This document shows, piece after piece, positions 10,312 to 19,633 of a stretch of DNA of 64,000 bases (its first letter is position 1; every line of letters starts with the position of its first letter). Made by a program: the position numbers and the translations under genes. The DNA is from Phycisphaerae bacterium (GTDB lineage Bacteria; Planctomycetota; Phycisphaerae; UBA1845), in assembly GCA_963666835.2 (NCBI GenBank), contig CAXXGO010000001.1, positions 320,001-384,000 of the forward strand, in the 5' to 3' direction. The notes beneath the pieces are model-generated. The model saw nothing but the letters and a program-made list of their open reading frames with translations. It did not search any database and was not told the origin of the DNA.

Positions 10312-11786
10312 ACATCCTCTATGTCATCCGAGACATGTCATTCATCGAGCCCCTCGGAGTGATGTCGTTATCCGCGATCTCCCGCGCCGACGGCCACAAG
10401 AGTGCTCTGGGAATCATCAACGAGCAAGACGTAATCGCCAAGATCGAACGATCGAGACCGGATCTCGTCTGCCTCAGTGTGATGTCCGTGGACGCCAAGG
10501 TCTTTGGGAAACTCGCCGGCGAACTCCGGGCGAGGTTTCCCGATATCCGTATTGTGGCCGGCGGACCCCACGCGACTTTTGAGCGCGAGGCCATGAGAAC
10601 CTGGCCGGTCGACGCGGTAGTGCAGGGGGAGGCCGATTGGGCCTTTCGCGACCTGATCCGCGCAATCGATGCCGACGAGCCGTTCGATCACCTCGACAAC
10701 ATCAGCACGATCGATACGGCCAATTCTATGCGGCGGTTGATTGAACCTCTGGATGACTTGCCGCACCCCGATCGAGCGTTGGCGTATCTGCCCGGGGGGC
10801 ATTTAGCCGACTTGAACGTGAAATCGTTCATGGCCAGCCGAGGGTGCGCGTTTCGGTGTGCCTATTGCTTCAACAGCAAGTACAACGAACTGTACCACGG
10901 GAACGGTACGACCGTGCGGCGTTTCAGTGTGGACTACGTTATCGAGGAAATCGAGCAAGTTCGCGCCGACTACCGGCTGACGTTTGTGCGGTTCGGCGAT
11001 GACATGTTCGCGTATCGCGCCGACGACTGGCTGTTGGAGTTTGCGGAGAAGTACCCGCGCCGAATCGGGCTGCCGTTCTATTGCCTGATCCGGCCGGACG
11101 TGCTTAAACCGGAACTGGTCGCGGTCTTGCGTCGAGCTGGGTGCCATTCGCTGGCACTGTCCATAGAGGCCGGCAACCCGCAATTGCGCCGGGAGGTCCT
11201 CCAACGACGAATGAGCGACGAAGCCATCACGGAGGCCTTCGAGAACATCCACCGAGCCGGCATCCACGTTTACGCCAACGCCATGTTCGGTTTGCCGGGA
11301 GGTACGATTGACGACGACATCCGGACCGTAGAGCTGGCCGCCCGCTACCGGCCCGCGTACCCGAGTTTCACCGTGCTGACTCCTTTTCGCGGTACTCTGC
11401 TTGGCGAACAGTGCGCCGAGCGCGGACTGATCGACGGCGAGTATCCCGAACGTACCACGGACCGATCGATCCTCAACTGTTTTAGCGAGAAGGAAAAAGA
11501 CGTTCAGGTCAACCTGGTTCACCTCGGCATCTTCGCAGTACGATTCCCCATTCTTCGAAATCTGATCCTGAAACGCCTGATCTTCTGGAAACCGAACCAG
11601 GTCTTCTTCGCAGCGTGGTATCTGATGAAGAACTACGTATCGGCCAAGTACATCTGGCCGATACGCGCCGGCGTGTTCGCCAAGGCGCGTTTGGCTTTGC
11701 GGGCTCTAGCGTTTGAATTCTCCGGTCGAATCAGCTTTAGGGCTCTGCTATCCGGAAGACGGCGAAGCGTAACCGCCAAGACCTAG
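10308..11786 (+). CDS. Cobalamin-binding radical SAM protein (class B methyltransferase-like)
   Basis: EPLGVMSLS, GGPHAT, GEAD, SRGCAFRCAYC, FGDDMF, GLPG; ATGA overlap. Confidence 0.9.
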   Translation: MNILYVIRDMSFIEPLGVMSLSAISRADGHKSALGIINEQDVIAKIERSRPDLVCLSVMSVDAKVFGKLAGELRARFPDIRIVAGGPHATFEREAMRTWPVDAVVQGEADWAFRDLIRAIDADEPFDHLDNISTIDTANSMRRLIEPLDDLPHPDRALAYLPGGHLADLNVKSFMASRGCAFRCAYCFNSKYNELYHGNGTTVRRFSVDYVIEEIEQVRADYRLTFVRFGDDMFAYRADDWLLEFAEKYPRRIGLPFYCLIRPDVLKPELVAVLRRAGCHSLALSIEAGNPQLRREVLQRRMSDEAITEAFENIHRAGIHVYANAMFGLPGGTIDDDIRTVELAARYRPAYPSFTVLTPFRGTLLGEQCAERGLIDGEYPERTTDRSILNCFSEKEKDVQVNLVHLGIFAVRFPILRNLILKRLIFWKPNQVFFAAWYLMKNYVSAKYIWPIRAGVFAKARLALRALAFEFSGRISFRALLSGRRRSVTAKT

Positions 11787-11850
11787 CTCGGGTTATTCGC
11801 GACGTCCGCCCAAATGCGCGTAACTTACCATAGCGTCCCCACCCATAGGT
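11783..11850 (-). repeat. Partial copy of MITE-like element H (end CTAGCTCGGGTTATTCGC)
   Basis: Reverse complement resembles 26540-26596 and 56725-56786. Confidence 0.6.
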
Positions 11851-11872
11851 GCCGTAATGCTGGCGCAGACAA

Positions 11873-12268
11873 GTAGGTCCGGCTCAGCCCGATGGTACTC
11901 ACCTTGGCAGACGAGAAGAGCGCGTCCTCTCTGATATGCGGACTGCGTGCCGTCTGAGTACGCCAACGGCGTTTCGTCCTCCAGCCCAGGGTTGCCACGC
12001 AGCGGCTACCCAGGGATCATGGTTAGATCGCAGATCAACGGGGTTGCGGCGTGCTGGCGAGACCTCCGAAGCCGATTGCCGTCCGCGGTCTGTAGCCTTC
12101 GGGCAATTCCTAAAAAACGTCCGCCGGCCCTTCGGGCGGAACGGGGGCGCGTGGGGAGCGAATCGCACCCACGGCTCCGCTTCGCCCCACCCGTGGCCTC
12201 GTCCCTTCGGGTGGATTACCGCACGACCGCCGGACAAGGCTAGTGCCATCGGGCAGAGCCCGGCCTAC
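11873..12268. repeat. REPIN-like element E bounded by inverted GTAGGTCsGGCTCAGCCCrATGGTACT REPs
   Basis: Inverted termini; internal ~150 bp (12063-12211) matches 49830-49982 in reverse orientation. Confidence 0.8.
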
Positions 12269-12457
12269 CGTACTTTGCCTACGCGCTCCGGCGGGATCGA
12301 ACCGGACGCGGGCAAGCCGCGGACCATACCTGCGGGAAAATACGAATGCCCGGCGCATGACAAGGGCCGGCCCTTCCCGGCCGGCCCTATCCACTTACTT
12401 CCCGTCGTCTTTCCCCGCCCAACTGATAGGCGCACCTTTTGTGCGCGGTACTTCGTC

Positions 12458-12832
12458 TTACGCCGCAGCCTGCTGCTTCGGCAGGTTCTGCTTGGCCAGC
12501 TCGACCACCACGTCAAAGTCCGCCGGAGCCGAGATCGCCATCTCGCTCAGCACCTTGCGGTTGAGCTCCACGTTGGCGGCATTCAACCCGAAGATGAACC
12601 GGCTGTAGCTGATTCCGCGAGCCCGGCACGCGGCCGTCAGACGCGTAACCCACAGCGCCCGGAAATCGCGTTTACGCCTGCGCCGATCACGAAAAGCCAT
12701 TGAAGCCGCCCGGACGACCTCTTCCTTCATCAGCCGCCAACGTCTTCCCGGCGCGCCCCGATAGCCCTTCACCAGCTTGCGAACACGCTTCTTCTTACGG
12801 TTTCGAGCAGCGCCGTAGCTCACTCTTCCCAT
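12458..12832 (-). CDS. rplT: 50S ribosomal protein L20
   Basis: KGYRG, AFRDRRRRKRDFRALWVTR, SYSRFI, LNRKVLSEMAI. Confidence 0.97.
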   Translation of the reverse strand: MGRVSYGAARNRKKKRVRKLVKGYRGAPGRRWRLMKEEVVRAASMAFRDRRRRKRDFRALWVTRLTAACRARGISYSRFIFGLNAANVELNRKVLSEMAISAPADFDVVVELAKQNLPKQQAAA

Positions 12833-12901
12833 AGCTGTCGACTCCTCGAATCGAACCCGGCCGCGGATCGCCCGCCGCCCGAGCCCATGCTTGCCACTGC
12901 T

Positions 12902-13099
12902 CTAGCCTTCGCCAAGCAAGATCTTCATGTACTTCTGCACCGCGCCCTTCAGGATCGCCGGTCGGCGCATCGCCCGGCAATGATCACCGGTCTTCCAGCT
13001 CATTAGATGGCCGGAATTGGCCCGCTTATACCGCACTTTGCCCGTGGCGGTGACCTTCACGCGCTTCTTGAGGCCTTTGTGCGTCTTCATCTTCGGCAT
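12902..13099 (-). CDS. rpmI: 50S ribosomal protein L35
   Basis: MPKMKTHKGLKKRVKVTATGKV; directly upstream of rplT. Confidence 0.96.
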   Translation of the reverse strand: MPKMKTHKGLKKRVKVTATGKVRYKRANSGHLMSWKTGDHCRAMRRPAILKGAVQKYMKILLGEG

Positions 13100-13249
13100 A
13101 ACTAAACCGCCTTCCCTCACATCACGGAATCACAAGAGCCCTGCATTATATGGCCGGCTCGATCACATGCAACCGCACCGCTCGACGTTTTGCCCGTTCC
13201 TTCGCCCGAGCCCGCGCCCGACGAAGCGGGTTATTTATCGGACGTTACA

Positions 13250-14800
13250 ACCGCCGGGTGCCATGGCCCACGCTTGCGTGGCCATGAGGCCCTGTAGGGT
13301 CGGCTTCGCACAAGCGCATCAACCTCATCACGCGGGGTGACGGGCGGCAGAGTGTAGGGCATGGTCGAGGTACGAGACCTGCCGCCGGGTGCCATGGCCC
13401 ACGCTTGCGTGGCCATGAAGGTCCGCAGTCCCGTAGGGCATGGTCGAGGTACGAGACCTGCCGTGATTGTCGATGCGTGATCGCCGCGCTGATAGGGCAC
13501 CGCAGGCAGGTGTAGGGCATGGTCGAGGTACGAGACCTGCCGTGGTCTTCGCGTCCCGCGCGACGTGCGCCATCGTGGCAGGTCTCGTTCCTCGACCGTG
13601 CCCTACAGGGGGTGACAACCGGGTGGCATGGGTCAACTTGTTGACCCGTGCAGCTTGGCGAGCCGCAGGCATCACGGGCAAGCTGGAACGGTCCATGACC
13701 CTAACGCGAGATTGAGTGACGACCGGTACTTCGCTGCGCAAATCGGCGACGCTTGCCCATGCCACCCAGGACGGCAGGTCTCGTGCCTCGACCGTGCCCT
13801 ACGAGGTCTTCGCGCGATGTGCGTCATCGTTGCAGATCTCGTGGCTCGACTGTGCCGTGAGTCAAGCCCCTTGGGGCGACAGGTCCTGTAGCCCCACGGC
13901 GTAAGCCTGGGGAAACCGTGCGGTTACTTCGCGCCAAGCCCCTTGCGGACGGCAGAAGACATCGAGGTTTGGATCGGATGCCGATGATTCAACATCGCAA
14001 GGGAAGCACGTTGGTGAGCGCGCGGACCTCTTCGATCATCAAAGTGCCGCCCCTGGCGGGGCTGGGGTTGACGTGCGATTCGATCCCGCGGCTCACGCCG
14101 CGGGCTTGGCAGAGCTGTCGCCCTGACGGGCTAATCCTGCGAAACACCCGGGTGGCACATATTTGTACGACTCGAACTACTGCGGCCTTGATGGCAGGTC
14201 TCGTTCCTCGACCGTGCCCTACGTGGTCTTCGCGCGACGTGCGCCATTGCGGCAGGTCTCGTTCCTCGACCGTGCCCTACGTGGTCTTCGCACGATGCCT
14301 GATCATCGGCTCGCCCATGTCCGGCGGGAACGACCCTGAACGGGCCGCGGAGGTTCGCAGCATACGGCAAGGACAAAAGGACGCCCGGCCTGAATCGCTT
14401 GCGTATCGAAAGCCTGACGGTCCGCACAGCGAACCCTTGGCCAAATTCGGCGGGTCGCTTACGCTCGCCGTACCGATTGGGCCGGGTCGCTTACGCGCGC
14501 CGTACCGATAGGGCACCGCACGCGGGTGTAGGGCATGGTCGAGGTACGAGACCTGCCGCGATTGTCGACGCGTGATCGCCGCGCTGATAGGGCACCGCAG
14601 GCAGGTGTAGGGCAGCGTCGAGGTACGAGACCTGCCGCGATTGTCGATGCCTGATCATCGGCTCCCCCACGTCCGGCGGGAACGGCCTTGAACGGGCCGC
14701 GGAGGTTCGCAGCACACGGCAAAGACAAAAGGACGTGGGCCATTCGGTCGCGTATCGGTCATGGACGGGTCGCTTACGCTCGCCGTACCGATGGCCGGCG
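13250..14800. repeat. BIME-like mosaic of REP elements (about 10 copies of GTAGGGCAyGGTCGAGGwACGAGACCTGCC plus other palindromes)
   Basis: Copies at 13354, 13433, 13512, 14528, 14607 (+) and 13577, 13773, 13831 (degenerate), 14193, 14251 (-); CATGGCCCACGCTTGCGTGGCCATG hairpins at ~13262 and ~13393; ~90-bp direct repeat 14293/14645. Confidence 0.9.
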
Positions 14801-14890
14801 GGGCGCTAGTGCTGCCCGGCCCCCTGAGATACGCTACCCCGAGCGGGCACGCCGGCCGGGGATGCAAGGGCGACCAGGGAAGGGTCCAAC

Positions 14891-16636
14891 ATGGCAATCG
14901 GGCAGATCAAGACCGCCGCCAAACGCCGCGGATCGGGAGATACGTTGTTCTGGATCGTCCTTGTCCTGGTCCTTGCGGGCGCGGCGGCCGTCCGCTTCCC
15001 GGGGCTCAACGCTCGTGAACTCTGGTTCGACGAGAACTGCACCTTCTACATCGTCCACAATCTGTACGATTGGCCCGCCGACGGGCCGGATCAATGGCGC
15101 GAGGTCGCCCACCTCCCCTACTTCGCAGCCCTGCACGCCTGGACCCGCCTGGCCGGTGAGACCATCTGGGGGATGCGGAGCTTCTCGGCGCTGGTCGGCT
15201 GCATCGGTGTGGCTGCTCTGGGCCTGGTCGGGCGCCGGATTGCCGGAACGGGCGTGGGGCTTGCCGTCGCCGCCTTGGCTGCATGCAGTCCGATCCACGT
15301 CCACTACAGTCAAGAAGCCCGCGGGTACACGTTCTGGCTGCTGCTCGTGACGGTGGGCGTGTATCTCATCTGCCGGGCGGCTCAGACCATGCGGGCGCGC
15401 TGGTGGACAGCCTACGCCGGATGCGTTTGGGTTACGGTGCTCACGCACTACTTCGCAATCCTCTGGCCCATAGGAACGCTGGCGGGAGCATGGCTTGCCT
15501 GCGATCGCCGGCGGTTCCTGCGGCAGTGGGTCGTTACTCACGTCGTGCTGGGTATCGCCCTTGCCCCGGTGGTCTTGCTGTTGGTCTTACCCCTAGCCGA
15601 CGGAGGCTCGAAGCCCTGGTTTCGTGAGGTTTGGGCCGGATACCCACCGGCGCTGGCCGTGTTGAAGTCCCTGTGGGCGATGCTGCCGTCGGGCGGCTAT
15701 CCGGATTACCTGGGTGCCGTTGCCACAGGCGCCGACGCCGCCGCGGCCCGACTCGGCCCGGGCTGGAAGTTCGCCGCACTTTGGGGCTCGGTCATCGTTG
15801 TCGCCGCGATGGCTCTGATGGTGGCATCCACCCGCGACCGTCACAGCTCGAATACCGACGCGAGCGACTCCGACGCCTCTTTGAGTCGCCGCGGATTGCT
15901 CGCGGTTATGATTAGTCTGTCGGTTGTGTACTTGCTGGCGTCGCTGCTGCACTCATGTCTGTTTGAACCGACTTACGTGGTCGGGCGGTACGATCTGGCG
16001 GCGTGGCCGTCATTGGTCCTAGCCGTGGCTTTGCTGATCGAGGCAACTTCAGCGCGCATCGCCCGATCGCGTCTCGGACGCTGCTCGATCGGCGTTGCCT
16101 TTACCGCGTTGCTGGGCGGCTGTGGGGCGATCACGTTATACGGGGCGCAATTAGCCCCGGTCTCCAACCCCCTGACCGATCGAGCTCGACAGATTGCCGG
16201 GTTCGTGGCACCGAAGGATCTGGTAATCAGCCTGGGCAAATACAAACTCTTTGTGACGTACGAATGGCACCGTATCGGGTTCTCGGCGGAGGTGATTTCG
16301 TTCCCCACCTGCCACGACCGCCAGCTCTGCTGGGACGACGCCGACGCCGAGTTGGCCGACCCGGAGACGCTCCATCGAGATGCCGTCGCCGTGACCGCCC
16401 GGGTGGACGAGGCTTTGGCCGCCGGGCGGGACGTTTGGCTCCTCGCCCACGGCAAACCGGCCGGGGCCCGTTGGGAGGTCGATCGGCAGCTCTTCGCCCA
16501 CTTCGCCAAGCAGGGACTCAGCGTGATCCCTCTCGACGACAAGCTGGGTTTGGCGGCGATCGTGCGCATCGTGGTCGCGCCAACCCGGGATCAAGATCAA
16601 ACGGAGGTTTCGCCCACCGTTTCGAGGACCCGATGA
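14891..16636 (+). CDS. Integral membrane glycosyltransferase (GT39/PMT-like)
   Basis: LWFDE, HLPYF, YSQEARGY, THYF; multiple TM segments. Confidence 0.85.
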   Translation: MAIGQIKTAAKRRGSGDTLFWIVLVLVLAGAAAVRFPGLNARELWFDENCTFYIVHNLYDWPADGPDQWREVAHLPYFAALHAWTRLAGETIWGMRSFSALVGCIGVAALGLVGRRIAGTGVGLAVAALAACSPIHVHYSQEARGYTFWLLLVTVGVYLICRAAQTMRARWWTAYAGCVWVTVLTHYFAILWPIGTLAGAWLACDRRRFLRQWVVTHVVLGIALAPVVLLLVLPLADGGSKPWFREVWAGYPPALAVLKSLWAMLPSGGYPDYLGAVATGADAAAARLGPGWKFAALWGSVIVVAAMALMVASTRDRHSSNTDASDSDASLSRRGLLAVMISLSVVYLLASLLHSCLFEPTYVVGRYDLAAWPSLVLAVALLIEATSARIARSRLGRCSIGVAFTALLGGCGAITLYGAQLAPVSNPLTDRARQIAGFVAPKDLVISLGKYKLFVTYEWHRIGFSAEVISFPTCHDRQLCWDDADAELADPETLHRDAVAVTARVDEALAAGRDVWLLAHGKPAGARWEVDRQLFAHFAKQGLSVIPLDDKLGLAAIVRIVVAPTRDQDQTEVSPTVSRTR

Positions 16637-16739
16637 TCTGCCGGGCTTCGAGTTGCCAAACACTGGCCTGCCGGCGAGAAAACTGCGAAAATACCGTGCA
16701 GGGCTCGCTCTCGCGGCGATGTCCTCCTCAGGGATCCGG

Positions 16740-16833
16740 TATTTGAAAAAGGGGACTGGCTCCGAGTTGATTCCCACTTACGGTGTCAAGCGACGCCCTC
16801 GGCGAGGTGCCTGTACCCTTTGTCAACGGACTG
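16740..16833. mobile_element. ~95-bp MITE-like element G
   Basis: Imperfect TIR TTGAAAAAGGGGACTGGC / GCCTGTACCCTTTGTCAA; similar copy at 63143-63238; flanked by 12-bp direct repeat TCAGGGATCCGG (16728-16739, 16834-16845). Confidence 0.7.
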
Positions 16834-16871
16834 TCAGGGATCCGGGGTCTGATGGACTTGGAGAGCCCGAC

Positions 16872-17657
16872 GTGTGGCCGATTCTCAACGGGACGGTTGT
16901 TAATACGTTTACGGTGCTGATAGGCAGCCTGGTTGGCTTGGCAGTATCGGCCAAGCTTCCCGAGCGATACCGCCTGATCGTCCTCAACTCGTTGGGGTTG
17001 GTAACGATCGCCCTGGGCATCGATGCGGCCGTGCTGCGGTTCGCCGATACGGTCGAGATGTTCGCCCCTCTCGTCCCGGACGGGAAGACGTACGGAGCCC
17101 GAGTGGCGATGGTGATGATCGGCTCGCTGATCATCGGCGCGATCATCGGGACCGCCCTGCGGATCCATGAGGGAATCGAGTCACTGGGCGCGTGGATCCA
17201 CGGGCGCTTCTCCGGACAGAACGGAGCGACGTTTGCCGAGGGCTTCCTCACGGCCAGTGTTATCTTCTGTGTAGGCCCCCTCACGCTGGTTGGTTGTCTT
17301 CAGAATGGCGCTTACGGCGACCCAAGTTACCTCTATATCAAGGCGCTGCTGGACGGCTTTTGCTCGATCGCTCTGGCTTCGGCGTTCGGGTGGGGAGTGT
17401 TCGCGAGCATTCTGACCGTATTCGGGTTTCAGGCGGCTTTGGCGATGCTCGCCTGGTGGGCGGCCGAGCCTCTGGATGATTTGTCTATCGGTCTGATGAC
17501 TGCGGTCGGCGGCGTGGTACTGCTGGCCACCGCGCTGATGATTCTGGAGATCAAGAAGATTCCGGCCGCAAACCTGCTACCGGGAGTGTTTCTGCCGCCG
17601 CTGGTCGTGTGGATTGTTGAGCTGGTTTCTCCGGGGACCCTGTTGCCGGTTGGGTGA
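16872..17657 (+). CDS. DUF554 family membrane protein
   Basis: GTVVN, EGFLTASVIFCVGPLT, KALLDGF, ANLLP; GTG start with GGAG RBS. Confidence 0.9.
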   Translation: MWPILNGTVVNTFTVLIGSLVGLAVSAKLPERYRLIVLNSLGLVTIALGIDAAVLRFADTVEMFAPLVPDGKTYGARVAMVMIGSLIIGAIIGTALRIHEGIESLGAWIHGRFSGQNGATFAEGFLTASVIFCVGPLTLVGCLQNGAYGDPSYLYIKALLDGFCSIALASAFGWGVFASILTVFGFQAALAMLAWWAAEPLDDLSIGLMTAVGGVVLLATALMILEIKKIPAANLLPGVFLPPLVVWIVELVSPGTLLPVG

Positions 17658-18427
17658 CGGTTCCGGCAGCGCACCGAGGGACGATGAACGAGTCGCTTGA
17701 CGGTAGTGAGTCAATCTCAAGCGCGCAGGATGAAGCGGACGGTCCCCCGGGGATGCCGCCCGAGACTCCTTGCCCTTACCTGCCGGATCGCAAGTTCCGG
17801 GGCGAGGCTTACACGGTCGAGGGGATAGACTCCGAGACCTACGAGCTGCTGATCGGACACGGGTTCAGGCGTTGCGGGCAATTCATCTACCGCCCGCGGT
17901 GCAACGGGTGCCGCGAGTGCCGGCAACTTCGCGTACCGGTGTGGCGCTTCCGCCCGACGCGCTCCATGCGGCGGATCCAACGCCGCAACGCCGACCTTCA
18001 CGTCGAAATCGCCGAGGCCACGCCAACGCCCGATAAGTTCGAGATGTACCTGCGATACCTCAACGCCCGGCATGACGAGACTATGGCTCGGACGTACGAG
18101 TCCTTCGTCGACTTTCTCTATGGGTCTCCGATCGACACTCGCGAAATCCGGTATCATGTGGGCCGCCGGTTGGCCGGGGTAAGCATCGCGGACTGGTGCC
18201 CGGACGGACTAAGCAGCGTTTATATGTACTTCGAGCCCGACTTCAGCGACCGAAGCCTCGGTACGATGTCCGTTCTCTGGGAGATCGATTACTGTCGCCG
18301 CGAGGGGTTGTCGTACTACTACCTGGGTTTCTTCGTTCCAGGCGGAGCGGCAATGGAATACAAAGCGCGCTTTCGCCCGAACGAGGTTCTGGTTGGTAGC
18401 GAGCACTGGATGACTCTCCGGGAGTAG
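17654..18427 (+). CDS. Arginyl-tRNA--protein transferase-like (ATE/Bpt family) aminoacyltransferase
   Basis: CPYLP, GFRRCG, YRPRC..C, LSSVY, SLGT, YYYLG, MEYKARFRP; start may be ATG 17684. Confidence 0.9.
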   Translation: MTVPAAHRGTMNESLDGSESISSAQDEADGPPGMPPETPCPYLPDRKFRGEAYTVEGIDSETYELLIGHGFRRCGQFIYRPRCNGCRECRQLRVPVWRFRPTRSMRRIQRRNADLHVEIAEATPTPDKFEMYLRYLNARHDETMARTYESFVDFLYGSPIDTREIRYHVGRRLAGVSIADWCPDGLSSVYMYFEPDFSDRSLGTMSVLWEIDYCRREGLSYYYLGFFVPGGAAMEYKARFRPNEVLVGSEHWMTLRE

Positions 18428-18437
18428 AATACCGAAC

Positions 18438-19538
18438 GTGTCCGCCTCCGATCTTGCTGCTACTTCTGATCTCGCCGGCCGGTCCTTCGAGCGTATCCTC
18501 CTCGTCAAGCCCAGTTCGCTCGGCGATGTAGTACACGCCTTGCCGGTTCTTCACGGATTGCGAACGCGGTACCCCAGCGCGACGATCGATTGGCTGATCG
18601 CCGAGCCTTTCGCCCCGCTCATCGAAGAGCATCCGGAGCTCGATGGGGCCATCCGTTTCGACCGGCGCCGATATGGTCAAATGGCACAGAGCCCCCGGGC
18701 GCTGCGGGAGTTTGCGTCCTTCGTGCAGGGCCTTCGGGCGCGGCGTTACGATCTCGTGGTAGACCTGCAGGGGCTCTTCCGAACCGGCTTCCTGACCCGT
18801 GCGTCTGGTGCCGGCGTCCGAATCGGTTTTCGCCAAGCGCGGGAAGGTGCCTGGATCTTCTATACGCACTTCGTCCCGATCGACGATCCGAACATCCACG
18901 CCGTTGACCGGTACTACCTCACCGGCAAGTTGCTCGGTTTCGACCACGTCCCCCCGGAGTTCGGTCTGCCTTTGAAGGAGGCCACCCGAACCGAGACGAC
19001 CGACCGTCTCAGGTCCTCTGGTGTGGCGGAGGGCGAGCGGATTGTCGCCGTCGTCCCCGGCACGAGGTGGCCGACAAAGATGTGGCCCGCGGAACGCTTC
19101 TCGGACGTTATTGACGAGCTGCACGCTCGGAAGCCGGCAAGATGCGTCCTGCTGGGCGGCCCGGATGAAGTATCGCTGTGTGCCGGCATTGCCGAGCGAT
19201 GCAAGTCGAAGCCGATCAACCTGGCGGGTGAAACTTCAATCCCCCAGTTGGCGGCGGCGATTAGCCTCTCTGACGCAGTTCTGTGCCACGATTCCGCAGC
19301 TTCGCACCTGGCCGTGGCGCTCAACCGGCCCCTGGTGTGCCTGTGTGGGCCTACGAATCCGCGCCGGACCGGTCCCTGGGGTCGTCCGGACGATGTTCAG
19401 CAATTGGACTTGGATTGTTCCCCGTGTTACCTCCGCCGGCTCTCGCAATGCCGGCACGAGCACCGGTGCATGCGCGATCTCGACGCTCAGAGGGTGCTCA
19501 CAGCCGTTGTCCGGTCCCTCGAATCGTGCGGCAAGTGA
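18438..19538 (+). CDS. waaF: GT9 ADP-heptose:LPS heptosyltransferase
   Basis: ILLVKPSSLGDVVH, DLQGLFRT, TKMWP, HDSAASHLAVA, GPT, CSPC; assignment to WaaF rather than WaaC is tentative. Confidence 0.8.
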   Translation: MSASDLAATSDLAGRSFERILLVKPSSLGDVVHALPVLHGLRTRYPSATIDWLIAEPFAPLIEEHPELDGAIRFDRRRYGQMAQSPRALREFASFVQGLRARRYDLVVDLQGLFRTGFLTRASGAGVRIGFRQAREGAWIFYTHFVPIDDPNIHAVDRYYLTGKLLGFDHVPPEFGLPLKEATRTETTDRLRSSGVAEGERIVAVVPGTRWPTKMWPAERFSDVIDELHARKPARCVLLGGPDEVSLCAGIAERCKSKPINLAGETSIPQLAAAISLSDAVLCHDSAASHLAVALNRPLVCLCGPTNPRRTGPWGRPDDVQQLDLDCSPCYLRRLSQCRHEHRCMRDLDAQRVLTAVVRSLESCGK

Positions 19539-19633
19539 CCTAATTGCGGGTGATGCCCAGACCTTGAAGACAATCGGTCGATATAGGGCATGCGTCCGCG
19601 ACGTCCCGGCTTGGCGACCCGGTTCTTCCTTCC

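Noticed and set aside
13354..14636. 30-bp repeats as a CRISPR array
   Set aside because: Mixed orientations, irregular spacing, spacers themselves repeated, dispersed across the window, no cas genes; fits GTAG REPs
16653..16871. N-terminal ORF extensions in the track (also 8950, 10044, 23139, 41310, 60452)
   Set aside because: Family motifs, RBS position and ATGA overlaps support the downstream starts; the 16653 extension reads through MITE G
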